NCBI GenBank assembly: GCA_030697175.1
Contig: JAUYQR010000012.1
Span: 59,591 to 123,590, forward strand
Direction: 5' to 3'
Length of the DNA: 64,000 bases
From: Paracoccaceae bacterium
GTDB lineage: Bacteria > Pseudomonadota > Alphaproteobacteria > Rhodobacterales > Rhodobacteraceae
Numbering within the stretch: the first letter of the stretch is position 1; each line of letters begins with the position of its first letter. The translations under genes were made by a program, and so were the position numbers. The notes under the pieces are model-generated. The model searched no databases and was not told the DNA's origin. It was given only the letters and a program-made list of their open reading frames with translations. This document shows, piece after piece, positions 18,831-31,479 of this stretch.

Positions 18831-19231
18831 GCCTGCTCCAGTTCCACCAGACAGCCGTTGAAATCCTTGGGGTGCAGGAACAGGACCGGCTTGCCATGCG
18901 CGCCGATCTTCGGCTCGCCCGATCCAAGCACCCGTGCGCCCGTGGCCATCAGATGGTCACGCGCGGCCAGAATGTCATCCACCTCGTAGCAGATGTGATG
19001 GATGCCGCCCGCCGGGTTCTTTTCCAAGAACCCCAGGATCGGAGAGTTCTCGCCCAAGGGGTGCAGAAGTTCGATCTTGGTGTTTGGCAGTTCGATGAAG
19101 ATCACCGTCACGCCGTGGTCGGGTTCGGGTTGCGGCGCGCCGACCTTGGCGCCCAGCGCGCTGCGGTATTGCGCTGCGGCAGCCTCGAGGTCGGGCACGG
19201 CGATGGCGACATGGTTCAAGCGACCGATCAT
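18827..19231 (-). CDS. mce: Methylmalonyl-CoA epimerase (VOC fold)
   Basis: Start trimmed to MIGRLNHVAIAVPDLEAA. The GGIHHICYEVDDI motif is present and the stop overlaps the DUF1467 start. Confidence 0.85.
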   Translation of the reverse strand: MIGRLNHVAIAVPDLEAAAAQYRSALGAKVGAPQPEPDHGVTVIFIELPNTKIELLHPLGENSPILGFLEKNPAGGIHHICYEVDDILAARDHLMATGARVLGSGEPKIGAHGKPVLFLHPKDFNGCLVELEQA

Positions 19232-19293
19232 GGAATCTCTCCTGAGCTTGCAGCGCGTTATGGGGGTGTCTTGGGGTGGCGACAAGGGGCGGC

Positions 19294-19324
19294 GCGGTGA
19301 CGACGCGGTGACGACGCGGTGACG
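19294..19324. promoter_or_regulatory. 2.8 tandem copies of an 11-bp direct repeat (gcggtgacgac) in a divergent promoter region
   Basis: gcggtgacgac gcggtgacgac gcggtgacg lies 60-95 bp upstream of mce and 60-95 bp upstream of the response-regulator gene. Confidence 0.4.
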
Positions 19325-19386
19325 GTGTTCATCTCTTCTTAACCCAGATTGCGCAAGCTGGCCCCATGTCATGAAAGGAGCCTGCC

Positions 19387-20100
19387 ATGCCCTTCCCGCC
19401 TGCGTCCCCGGTTGCCCGCCCCGCCGAGGCGGGTGCGCTTCACGGCCTTCAGGGCCTTGTGTTTCTTGCGGTGGAAGACAGCCGCCTTGCCTGCGAGGCG
19501 CTGCGCCTGATGTGCCAGCGGTCGGGCGCGCGGCTGCGCCGGGCCGAAGGGTTGGCGGCGGCGCGGGCGCATCTGTCGGTTTACCGGCCGGATGTGGTGC
19601 TGGTTGATCTTGGCCTGCCGGACGGGCGCGGCGAAACCCTGATCCGGGCGCTGGCCACGCCCGCGAAGCCCGGCCCGCAACCCCTGGTCATCGCGATGAG
19701 CGGGGATGCCAGCGCGCGGGACGCAGCACTGGCGGCGGGGGCCACCCTGTTTCTGGAAAAGCCGCTGCCGGGTCTTGTGGCGTTTCAGGCGGCAATCCTG
19801 AGCCTGCTGCCCGATGGCGGGACGCGCGAGCCGGTTACCACCGCCGCCCCCGCCGATCCTGACCCGCTGGCGCTGCGCGACGATCTTGCCCGCGCCGCTG
19901 CGGCACTGGCAGCCGGGGTCGACGCTGACGAACGGGTGTATCTGTCGGGGTTTCTTGCTGGCATCGCCCGCCAGACCGTCGATGCGCCGCTTGGCGCCGC
20001 CTCGGCGCAGTTGCGCGATCCCGGCACCGCGACCGAAGGCATGGCGCGCCTGATCCGCGACCGCCTGCTGGCCAGCGAACCGCTAGGCCTGCACGGCTAG
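19387..20100 (+). CDS. Orphan response regulator: REC domain plus uncharacterised Ala-rich C-terminal domain
   Basis: REC motifs (LAVEDS, VVLVDLGLPDG, AMSG...FLEKP). The C-terminal roughly 100 aa carry no recognisable DNA-binding or enzymatic motif. Confidence 0.7.
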   Translation: MPFPPASPVARPAEAGALHGLQGLVFLAVEDSRLACEALRLMCQRSGARLRRAEGLAAARAHLSVYRPDVVLVDLGLPDGRGETLIRALATPAKPGPQPLVIAMSGDASARDAALAAGATLFLEKPLPGLVAFQAAILSLLPDGGTREPVTTAAPADPDPLALRDDLARAAAALAAGVDADERVYLSGFLAGIARQTVDAPLGAASAQLRDPGTATEGMARLIRDRLLASEPLGLHG

Positions 20101-20582
20101 GCAGGAGCGGCCTGGCTGAAGCTGAATCCTTCGGGGTATTGGTGAAAGCCGTCGAAATCCGCCTTGCCCAGCGGCACTCCCGCCGCGCGCAAGGCGGCAT
20201 AGCCCATCGTCAGGTGAAAGAAGAAATTCGGCAGGCCGTAAAGATGCAGGAACTCGGCCCCGGTCTGCTCAAGCTCGGCAAAACCCGCGCGGTGGCGGAT
20301 GATGCGGGCTTCGGCCCCCTCGAACTCCGCCGGTTTCATCGAGCCGAGAAGCGCCCGCGCCACGGCCAGCCTTGGCCCCAGCGCCTCGGGCAGATCCGGC
20401 ACCTCGCGGCCGACAAGGGGGCAGGCGATGCGCATCGTGAAACCTGCTGCGGTGGCAAACTGCTGGCTGGCGGGAAAACTGTCGGCGATGCGCGCGTCCA
20501 ACGCCTCGCGCCCGGCCCGCTCCACCATCCCCGACATCCGGGTGAGGTAGTGGCGGAACACCGGGACCGAGGCGTCATACAT
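20097..20582 (-). CDS. DUF1993 domain protein (second paralog)
   Basis: [16 protein letters not shown]... N-terminus and a C-terminal LPNFFFHLTMGYAALRAAGVPLGKADF motif, both shared with 4570-5064. Confidence 0.65.
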   Translation of the reverse strand: MYDASVPVFRHYLTRMSGMVERAGREALDARIADSFPASQQFATAAGFTMRIACPLVGREVPDLPEALGPRLAVARALLGSMKPAEFEGAEARIIRHRAGFAELEQTGAEFLHLYGLPNFFFHLTMGYAALRAAGVPLGKADFDGFHQYPEGFSFSQAAPA

Positions 20583-22363
20583 CAGCTATCCTTCGGCACG
20601 ACGCGGAGGTTCAACTCGCGCAACTGCTTCAGCGTGGCTTCCGAGGGCGCGTTCATCAGCATGTCCTCAGCGCGCTGGTTCATCGGGAACATGATGACCT
20701 CGCGGATGTTCGGCTCATCGGCCAGCAGCATCACGATCCGGTCGATGCCGGCGGCACAGCCCCCGTGCGGCGGCGCGCCGTATTTGAACGCCTTGACCAT
20801 GCCCCCAAAGCGTTTGTCGACCTCGTCGTTCGGATAGCCGGCCAGTTCGAAGGCCTTGTACATGATTTCAGGCTTGTGGTTGCGGATGCCGCCCGAGATC
20901 AGCTCGTAACCGTTGCAGGCAAGGTCATACTGATAGGCATAGACGGCGAGGGGATCGCCGTTAAGCGCCTCAAGCCCGCCTTGCGGCATGGAGAACGGGT
21001 TGTGGCTGAAGTCGATCCCGCCTTCGTCGGTTTTCTCGTACATCGGGAAATCGACGATCCAGGCGAATTTGAAGCAGTTCTCCTCGGTCAGGCCAAGTTC
21101 GCGGCCGATCTCGTTGCGGGCCCGGCCCGCGATGGCCTCGAACGTCTCGGGCTTGCCGCCAAGGAAGAAGGCCGCGTCGCCAAGCCCGAGGCCGAGTTGC
21201 TGGCGGATCGCCTCGGTCCGCTCCGGCCCGATGTTCTTGGCAAGGGGGCCGGCGGCTTCCATGCCCGACCCAGCCTCGGCCTCGCGCCAGATGATGTAGC
21301 CCATGCCGGGCAGACCCTGTCCTTGCGCAAAGGCGTTCATCCGGTCGGCGAACTTGCGGCTGCCGCCTTTCGGCGCCGGGATCGCGCGGATCTCGTTGCC
21401 GTCCTGCTCCAGCAGCCGGGCGAAGATCGCAAAGCCCGAGCCGCGGAAATGCTCGCTGACCTCCTGCATCCGGATCGGGTTGCGCAGGTCGGGCTTGTCG
21501 GAGCCATACCATTTCAGCGCGTCACGGTAGGCGATGCGGGTCCAGTCGGCGTAGACCGTCTTGCCCGGCGCGAACTCCTCGAAGATGCCCTGGATCACCG
21601 GCTGCACGGCGGCAAAGACGTCGTCCTGCTCGACAAAGCTCATCTCGATATCAAGCTGGTAGAAATCGGTCGGGCTGCGGTCGGCGCGGGGGTCTTCGTC
21701 GCGGAAACAGGGCGCGATCTGGAAGTAGCGGTCGAAGCCCGCGACCATGATCAATTGCTTGAACTGCTGCGGCGCCTGCGGCAGGGCGTAGAACTTGCCC
21801 GGATGCAAGCGCGACGGCACGAGGAAGTCGCGCGCGCCTTCGGGGGACGAGGCGGTGATGATCGGCGTCTGGAACTCGGTAAAGCCCTGATCCCACATCC
21901 GGTTGCGGATCGAGCGCACCACGTTCGAGCGCAGCATCATGTTGCGATGCAGCTTTTCGCGGCGCAGGTCGAGGAAGCGGTAGGTCAGGCGGGTTTCCTC
22001 GGGGTATTCGACGTCGCCGAACACCGGCATCGGCAATTCGTCCGCAGCCCCCAGAACCGTGACGCCGGTCGCGTAGACTTCAATCTCGCCGGTCGGCAGC
22101 TTGGGGTTCACGAGGCTCGCGTCGCGCCCCTTAACCCGCCCGTCGATCCGCACCACCCATTCGGCACGCACCTTTTCCAGATCGGCAAAGGCCGGGCTGT
22201 CGCTGTCGGCGATCACTTGCGTGATGCCGTAATGGTCGCGCAGGTCGATGAACAGCACACCACCATGGTCGCGCACCCGATGCACCCAGCCCGACAGCCG
22301 GACCTCATGTCCGACATCGGCTTTGGTCAACTGGGCACAGGTGTGGCTGCGGTAGGCGTGCAT
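20582..22363 (-). CDS. aspS: Aspartate--tRNA ligase
   Basis: Start trimmed to MHAYRSHTC. Class II motifs ([27 protein letters not shown]) are present. Confidence 0.92.
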   Translation of the reverse strand: MHAYRSHTCAQLTKADVGHEVRLSGWVHRVRDHGGVLFIDLRDHYGITQVIADSDSPAFADLEKVRAEWVVRIDGRVKGRDASLVNPKLPTGEIEVYATGVTVLGAADELPMPVFGDVEYPEETRLTYRFLDLRREKLHRNMMLRSNVVRSIRNRMWDQGFTEFQTPIITASSPEGARDFLVPSRLHPGKFYALPQAPQQFKQLIMVAGFDRYFQIAPCFRDEDPRADRSPTDFYQLDIEMSFVEQDDVFAAVQPVIQGIFEEFAPGKTVYADWTRIAYRDALKWYGSDKPDLRNPIRMQEVSEHFRGSGFAIFARLLEQDGNEIRAIPAPKGGSRKFADRMNAFAQGQGLPGMGYIIWREAEAGSGMEAAGPLAKNIGPERTEAIRQQLGLGLGDAAFFLGGKPETFEAIAGRARNEIGRELGLTEENCFKFAWIVDFPMYEKTDEGGIDFSHNPFSMPQGGLEALNGDPLAVYAYQYDLACNGYELISGGIRNHKPEIMYKAFELAGYPNDEVDKRFGGMVKAFKYGAPPHGGCAAGIDRIVMLLADEPNIREVIMFPMNQRAEDMLMNAPSEATLKQLRELNLRVVPKDS

Positions 22364-22446
22364 TCTAATTCCCCTTCCGAGGGCTTTGGCAACTTTGGGC
22401 CGATACACCTTGCCCGCAGCCCCGAGTCAAGCCCCGGCCCCGGCAT

Positions 22447-22526
22447 CTTCTGTTCTTAAATATCCCCGCCGGAGGCTTCAGGAGCCGGGCGTGGGAGCCT
22501 CCGGCGGGGATATTTGGGAACAGAAG
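22447..22526. repeat. Palindromic element with about 30-bp arms (double, inverted copy of the dispersed repeat core)
   Basis: cttctgttc-tt-aaatatccccgccggaggc ... gcctccggcggggatattt-gg-gaacagaag. It overlaps the last 16 codons of the pabC-like ORF. Confidence 0.7.
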
Positions 22527-23143
22527 AATTGGGCAGGGGCGATCCCCCGCAAGGCGTTGCCAACCCACAGCTTCACCTGCGGCAGGTCTGCGGCGAGGAG
22601 ACGTTCCTCCGGACATGCCAGTTCAGCGCGCAACACACCGGGCAGAAGGCCGGAGGCGAGCGGCGGGGTGCGCATCCCCTGACCGCGGTCGAAGAATACC
22701 GTCGTAATCGTGCCGTCGCAGACCTCGCCGTGTTCGTTGAGGAAGATCATCTCGTCGAACGCAACGGGAAGCGTGGCGCGGGCGAGGTCGTAGACCTCGC
22801 GCCGGGTCGATTTCACGGTCAGCCAAGGGTCCGTTGACGACAGGCGCGTCTCGGCCAGGCCGACGCGCCAGAGGGGCTTTGGCGGTGGCAGGGCGGCCAC
22901 CTCGACGGTCATATCGCCCGCGGCGCCCAAGGTCAGACGCACGCGCGCCGGGTCGTCGGGTCGCGTCGCGGCAAGATCGACGTGCGGCGCATCCCAGCCC
23001 AGGGCTTCGGCACCGCGCGCCAGCCTTGCCATGTGCAGCGCGAGCCGCGGAAACCGCGTGCCGTCCCACAGCATCGTCTCGATCAGCCTTACGCCCGAAC
23101 GGCCGCCTTCACGAAGCGCGCTTTCCACAACGCCTCCTCCCAT
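22478..23143 (-). CDS. Class IV aminotransferase-like protein (aminodeoxychorismate lyase-like, short form)
   Basis: Motifs FLNEHGEVCDGTITTVF...TPPLASGLLPGVLR, directly downstream of pabB. The start is uncertain (M at 23143 or 23074). The C-terminal tail is encoded by the palindromic element. Confidence 0.65.
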   Translation of the reverse strand: MGGGVVESALREGGRSGVRLIETMLWDGTRFPRLALHMARLARGAEALGWDAPHVDLAATRPDDPARVRLTLGAAGDMTVEVAALPPPKPLWRVGLAETRLSSTDPWLTVKSTRREVYDLARATLPVAFDEMIFLNEHGEVCDGTITTVFFDRGQGMRTPPLASGLLPGVLRAELACPEERLLAADLPQVKLWVGNALRGIAPAQFFCSQISPPEAPTPGS

Positions 23144-24243
23144 TCGCCCTCGGCGGTGGAGCCGTGCACCACCCCCCCGCCCACGTTCATCACAATATCC
23201 TGCCCGGTGATCGACAACGTGCGGATCGCAACCGAGAAATCGGCGCGCCCGTCCGGGGCCATCCAGCCGATCGCACCGCAATAGACACCGCGCGGCGCGG
23301 GTTCGAGCTCGCGGATGATCTGCATGGCGCGGATCTTCGGGGCCCCCGTCACCGACCCGCAGGGAAACAGCGCCGCCATCAGAGCGGGCAGGCTGGCGCG
23401 TTCGGCCAGCTCGCCCTCGATGGTTGAGGTCATCTGGTGGACGGTGGAGTATTTCTCCATCGCGAAAAGAGCCGGGACTTTCACCGTGCCGACCTTTGCC
23501 AGACGCGAAATGTCGTTGCGCAGAAGATCGACGATCATCAGGTTTTCCGCCCGGTCCTTGACCGACGCCTGCAAGGCCGCCGCAATCGCCGCATCGCGCG
23601 CCGGGTCGGGGTCGCGCGGCGCAGTGCCTTTCATCGGGCGGGTGACAATGCGGCCCCCGGGCTCCAGCCGGAAGAACAGCTCGGGCGAGCGGGAGACCAC
23701 GACCGGCCCGACGCCCAGATCGACGTAGGCGCCGTGGCCCACCGCCCCGGTGCGCCTGAGCGCGCCGTAAAGGCCTTGCGCGCTGCCCGACAAAAGCTGC
23801 GCCGTCATCGGAAAGGTCAGGTTGACCTGATAGCAGTCACCAGCCGCGATATAGCCAAGCACTTTGGCCATCGCAGCGTCATAGCTGGCGCGCGGCATCA
23901 CCGGCTGCGGCGGTGTCATCCAGCTTTGTGTTCCGGTCACGGCAGCTTGCGCCAGAAAATCTCCAGCCGCCACCGGTCCGTCGAACACACCAAGGAGAAC
24001 CAGCGGCCCCTGCCGCCCTCGCGGCATCAGCGCGCGAAGCTTTGGTTCCAGCGCATACCCGGCCTCGTAGGCGACATACCCCGCGACCCAGGCCCCCGCT
24101 GCGCGCGCGCGCTCGGCCCGCGCCAAGGCCCGCGCAACCTCGGCCGGGCGCAGCGCCGCGATCACCTCGCGCGGCTGGGCAAACAGCACCGGATCGCCAG
24201 AAGGCCCATGTTCTACCAGGATCACCGCGCGCCCCATCCTCAC
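23089..24243 (-). CDS. pabB: Aminodeoxychorismate synthase component I
   Basis: 384 aa chorismate-binding domain. Motifs [24 protein letters not shown] and GVYCGAIGW. Confidence 0.85.
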   Translation of the reverse strand: MRMGRAVILVEHGPSGDPVLFAQPREVIAALRPAEVARALARAERARAAGAWVAGYVAYEAGYALEPKLRALMPRGRQGPLVLLGVFDGPVAAGDFLAQAAVTGTQSWMTPPQPVMPRASYDAAMAKVLGYIAAGDCYQVNLTFPMTAQLLSGSAQGLYGALRRTGAVGHGAYVDLGVGPVVVSRSPELFFRLEPGGRIVTRPMKGTAPRDPDPARDAAIAAALQASVKDRAENLMIVDLLRNDISRLAKVGTVKVPALFAMEKYSTVHQMTSTIEGELAERASLPALMAALFPCGSVTGAPKIRAMQIIRELEPAPRGVYCGAIGWMAPDGRADFSVAIRTLSITGQDIVMNVGGGVVHGSTAEGEWEEALWKARFVKAAVRA

Positions 24244-24412
24244 CTATCCCGAGATAGGCCGATCCCCCGCGCCGCGCCAGCCGTTCCGGCCCGTTTCCGC
24301 ACCCGAAAACGACAGCGCGCCGCGATGCCGCAGCGGGCGCAACTTCAACCCTTGCGCCCCGGCCCGCCCTCGCTATAACCCGCGAAGTTTTGCGCTACAG
24401 GTGGGGGCCAGC

Positions 24413-27757
<3,345 letters not shown>

Positions 27758-27765
27758 ATTGGCAG

Positions 27766-27784
27766 GTGTCCCACGGTGGGACAC
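27766..27784 (+). terminator. Short hairpin immediately after carB
   Basis: gtgtccca-cgg-tgggacac followed by ttgcgtt. An 8-bp stem with a weak T-tract. Confidence 0.4.
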
Positions 27785-27881
27785 TTGCGTTAATCATATA
27801 AAATCAATTACTTGCTATTTTCAAGTAAGGCTTTCTAAACGAATGGAGCGCAAGAGTTGCGCGGAAACCGACGTGTCCTGT

Positions 27882-28289
27882 TCAAATGCAGGAGTCGGCC
27901 GAACCCTTCGCAACGATGGCTTGCCAGTCAGCTCCCAAGGTCTGCCGAGCGGACAATGAGTCATTGATCCGGGGGTCGCCCTTCTGAATGATCTGAATGA
28001 CCATATCCTGAGTGTTCGTCCCGTAAGTATCGAACCCGCCGTAAGTCGTGAACATTCCGCCAGTGATTTCAGTCTTTGACTGATCTCCGACCACGACGAA
28101 ACGGTCAGCACCGCGCTTTATCACCTCGATCGCCGCCTCTCGGAATGCTATTTCGCGGGTCCCTTTTGCTCCGCAAAGGTCCTCAGCCTCGGTCGATATC
28201 TTGAATGACGATTGCGTCAGGGGCTGGACGCTGGTTTCAACACATCCTGCGACAAAAACCAGTAGCCCCGCAAATATCAGCTTCCGCAT
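27882..28289 (-). CDS. Hypothetical lipoprotein
   Basis: Signal peptide plus lipobox MRKLIFAGLLVFVAGC. Located in a visibly AT-richer patch, no recognised family. Confidence 0.6.
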   Translation of the reverse strand: MRKLIFAGLLVFVAGCVETSVQPLTQSSFKISTEAEDLCGAKGTREIAFREAAIEVIKRGADRFVVVGDQSKTEITGGMFTTYGGFDTYGTNTQDMVIQIIQKGDPRINDSLSARQTLGADWQAIVAKGSADSCI

Positions 28290-28483
28290 CGACCAATCCC
28301 CATATCAACAACGCCATGTGTCAGCCAACACCGTAGCGGGCGAAGTGCTAACGATGTGTTAAGGGTATTGCGCAACCATAAGACAGATTTGCATATTTTT
28401 GCACCTGGCTGCACCCAATACGCAAAGGATTGTGAACCGGCCGCCCAACCGGGCGACCGCTTTCTTTCGGGCAATGGGGTGTG

Positions 28484-29485
28484 TCAGAGAATTTCCGACA
28501 CCTTCACCGAGCGCCCCTCGGCGACCGATTTCAGCGCGGCTTCGGCCAGCGCCAGCGCCATCAGGCCGTCGTGGCCGGTCGTCGGCGTCTCGGTTCCGGC
28601 CTGAATGGCGGCGATGAAGCCGGCGATTTCGTTGGCGTAGGCGGCGATGTAGCGGGTCATGAAGAAGTTCAGCAGCGGCGCGTCGTGGAAGCCGGCCTTG
28701 TCGGCAAAGGTGATCCGGTTTTCGCCGTGGTTCTGGGCGGCCACCATGCCGGAGGAGCCAAGCACCTCGATCCGCTGGTCATAGCCATAGGCGGCGCGGC
28801 GGCTGTTGGTGATGATCGCCTGACGGCCCGACTTGGTGCGGAGGATCACGTTGACGCTGTCGTAATCGCCAAGCTCGCCGATCTTGGCATCGGTCAGCAC
28901 CGAGGCGGCAGCTTGCACGGTTTCGACCTCTTCGCCCAGAAGCCAGCGGGCCATGTCGAAATCGTGGATCGTCATGTCGCGGAAGATGCCGCCCGAGCGC
29001 GTGATGTAGTCATGCGGCGGGGCGCCGGGGTCGCGGCTGGTGATCGTGACCATCTCCACCTTGCCGATGCGTCCGGCGTCGATCGCAGCCTTCACGGCCA
29101 TGAAATCAGGATCGAACCGGCGGTTGAAGCCGACCATCAGCGTGCCTTTGGCGGCGGTGACAGCCTTGATGCACTCCTTCACGCGGCTCAGCGACAGGTC
29201 GACCGGCTTTTCGCAAAACACCGCCTTGCCGGCCTTGGCGAAGCGTTCGATCAGGTCGGCGTGAGTGTCGGTAGGGGTGCAGATCACCACCGCGTCCACG
29301 TCCTTCGAGGTCAGGATCGTGTCGATGGTGCGGATGTCGCAGCCATAGGTGGCCTTGACGCTTTCGGCCGCCGCAGCGACCGGGTCGGCGATGGCCACAA
29401 GTCTGGCACCGGGGGTGCCTGCGACGGCGCGGGCATGGACCTGGCCGATGCGTCCGGCCCCGAGGATGGCAAAATTCAGCGTCAT
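28484..29485 (-). CDS. Gfo/Idh/MocA-family oxidoreductase (inositol 2-dehydrogenase-like)
   Basis: Start trimmed to MTLNFAILGAGRIGQVHA (Rossmann motif). EKP motif (VFCEKPV). Context is inositol-type ABC and isomerase genes. Confidence 0.8.
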   Translation of the reverse strand: MTLNFAILGAGRIGQVHARAVAGTPGARLVAIADPVAAAAESVKATYGCDIRTIDTILTSKDVDAVVICTPTDTHADLIERFAKAGKAVFCEKPVDLSLSRVKECIKAVTAAKGTLMVGFNRRFDPDFMAVKAAIDAGRIGKVEMVTITSRDPGAPPHDYITRSGGIFRDMTIHDFDMARWLLGEEVETVQAAASVLTDAKIGELGDYDSVNVILRTKSGRQAIITNSRRAAYGYDQRIEVLGSSGMVAAQNHGENRITFADKAGFHDAPLLNFFMTRYIAAYANEIAGFIAAIQAGTETPTTGHDGLMALALAEAALKSVAEGRSVKVSEIL

Positions 29486-29567
29486 TTCTGGTTCCTTATT
29501 CCGGGCCCATGCCCGAGTCGATCTGGTCGAAGTCGATAAAGGCCTGGCGCGGGGCGGTCCACCCGCC

Positions 29568-30338
29568 TTACGCCGCGCCCTGGTATTCCGTGCCGGTCTT
29601 GGCCCCGGTGATATAGGCCACCACATCCTCGCCGCTGGTATCCTCCTTGCGGAGGTTGGCGACGATGCGGCCCCGGCGGAACACGACGATCCGGTCCACC
29701 AGATCGAACACCTGCCGCATGTTGTGGCTGATCAGGATCAAGGGTTCGCCCGCCTCTTTCAGGGTGCGGATGATGTTTTCGACCTGCGCGGTTTCCTGCA
29801 CGCCAAGCGCTGCTGTCGGTTCGTCCATGATGACAAGTTTCGACTTGAAGGCGGCAGTGCGCGCAATGGCAACGCATTGCCGCTGCCCGCCCGACATGTT
29901 GCGGATGGTGTTCATGATGTTCGGAATCTTGACCCCGGTTTTCAACAGCGCCGCCATCGCCGCCTCCTTCATCGCCCGCTTGTCGAGGATGGAGAACGGG
30001 CCGAGGTTGAAGCGGATCTTTTCGCGGCCCAGAAACAGGTTCGACGGCACGTCAAGGTCGTCGGCCAGGGCAAGGGTCTGGAACACGGTTTCGATGCCCG
30101 CCTCGCGCGCCTCGATCGGGCTCTGGAAGGTGTGTTCCACGCCGTCGAAGATGATCTGGCCGCCGGTCGGTTTTTCGACCCCGGTGATCTGGCGCACGAA
30201 GGTGGATTTGCCCGCCCCGTTATCGCCCATGATCGCCACATGCTCGCCACGGGTCAGCGAGAAATCGGCCCCGGTCAGGGCGTGGACGCCGCCGTAGTGT
30301 TTGGTCAGCCCGCGCGTTTCAAGAATGAGATCGGTCAT
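29568..30338 (-). CDS. Sugar ABC transporter ATP-binding protein (single cassette)
   Basis: Start trimmed to MTDLILETRGLTKHYGG. Walker A GDNGAGKST, signature MSGGQRQ, Walker B VIMDEPT. Confidence 0.85.
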   Translation of the reverse strand: MTDLILETRGLTKHYGGVHALTGADFSLTRGEHVAIMGDNGAGKSTFVRQITGVEKPTGGQIIFDGVEHTFQSPIEAREAGIETVFQTLALADDLDVPSNLFLGREKIRFNLGPFSILDKRAMKEAAMAALLKTGVKIPNIMNTIRNMSGGQRQCVAIARTAAFKSKLVIMDEPTAALGVQETAQVENIIRTLKEAGEPLILISHNMRQVFDLVDRIVVFRRGRIVANLRKEDTSGEDVVAYITGAKTGTEYQGAA

Positions 30339-31408
30339 CAGCCGCGCCCCCGCTTGGTTTGCCGCCACTGGTCAAGCACCACGGCGCCGACGATGATCAC
30401 GCCCTTCACCATCTCCTGGTAGTAGGCGTCGAGTTTGAGGAAGGTGAAGCCCGAGATGATGACGCCGAAGATCAGCGCACCAAGGCAGGTGCCGATAATC
30501 GACCCGCGCCCGCCTTGCAAGCTGACCCCGCCGATCACCGCCATCGCGATGGCGTCCAGTTCATACATCACGCCCATGCCGGCCTGCGCCGTCAGGTTTT
30601 TCGATGACAGCACGACAGCGGCAAGTGCCGCCAGCGCGCCAGCGATGGTGTAGACCAGCACCTTGTGGCCATCGACGTTGATGCCCGACATCCGCGCCGC
30701 AGGCTCGTTCGAGCCGATGGCGTAGCAGTGCTTGCCGTATTTCGTCTGCGTCATGATGAGGTGGAAAAGGACCGCGAGCACGATGAAGATCACCACGGGT
30801 GTCATGCCCTTGCCGATGGTGGCGTAGCTTTCGGTGGGAAAGGAGATCGGGTTGCCCTTGGACCACCACTTCGCCGCACCGCGCGCGGCGACCATCATGC
30901 CAAGCGTGGCGATGAAGGGCGGAATCTTGGTGTAGGCGATCAGGAGCCCGTTCACGAGGCCTGCGAACAGCCCGCAGGCAAGCCCAACCACCAAGGGCAC
31001 GATCACCGGCAGGTCCATCCATTCCGGCCCGAAGATCGCCTTCGGATTGGGGTTGCCGTTGACGGTGGCGACCTGTGCAAAGCTCATCGTCACCATCGCG
31101 GTGACGCCGACGATGGAACCTGAGGACAGGTCGATGCCGCCGGTGATGATGACCTGCGTGACACCAAGCGCGATGATCCCGACGATGGCGACCTGCAGGA
31201 TGATGATCTGCAGCCGCTGTTCGTTGAAGAGAGTGTCCACGTTGTCGCGGGTGTTGAACAGGAAGCTGTCGCCGATGAACAGCCGGCCCAGAACCTCGAA
31301 GGCGACGATGATCAGCACCAACGCAGCCAGCACGTTCAGTTCCGGTGGCCGAGTCCTTTTCTTCGGGTCGAAGGTCAGTCCGCCGATCCCGTGCGAGGTG
31401 TTCGCCAT
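30338..31408 (-). CDS. Sugar ABC transporter permease (RbsC/AraH type)
   Basis: Start trimmed to MANTSHG. About 10 TM helices, GGIDLSSGS motif, stop overlaps the ATPase start. Confidence 0.85.
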   Translation of the reverse strand: MANTSHGIGGLTFDPKKRTRPPELNVLAALVLIIVAFEVLGRLFIGDSFLFNTRDNVDTLFNEQRLQIIILQVAIVGIIALGVTQVIITGGIDLSSGSIVGVTAMVTMSFAQVATVNGNPNPKAIFGPEWMDLPVIVPLVVGLACGLFAGLVNGLLIAYTKIPPFIATLGMMVAARGAAKWWSKGNPISFPTESYATIGKGMTPVVIFIVLAVLFHLIMTQTKYGKHCYAIGSNEPAARMSGINVDGHKVLVYTIAGALAALAAVVLSSKNLTAQAGMGVMYELDAIAMAVIGGVSLQGGRGSIIGTCLGALIFGVIISGFTFLKLDAYYQEMVKGVIIVGAVVLDQWRQTKRGRG

Positions 31409-31479
31409 GTCATGTCCCTTCCGACCTGAGCGCAAAGGGGCGGCACCTTGGCGCCGCCCCTTCCGAAGTGAGAGGTGGA

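Noticed and set aside
20765-22459. 564-aa ORF antisense to aspS. The same reasoning covers 49568-51703 (+), 5807-7003 (+), 6823-8088 (+), 41160-41867 (+) and other long shadow ORFs.
   Set aside because: All overlap strongly supported genes on the other strand and lack recognisable motifs.
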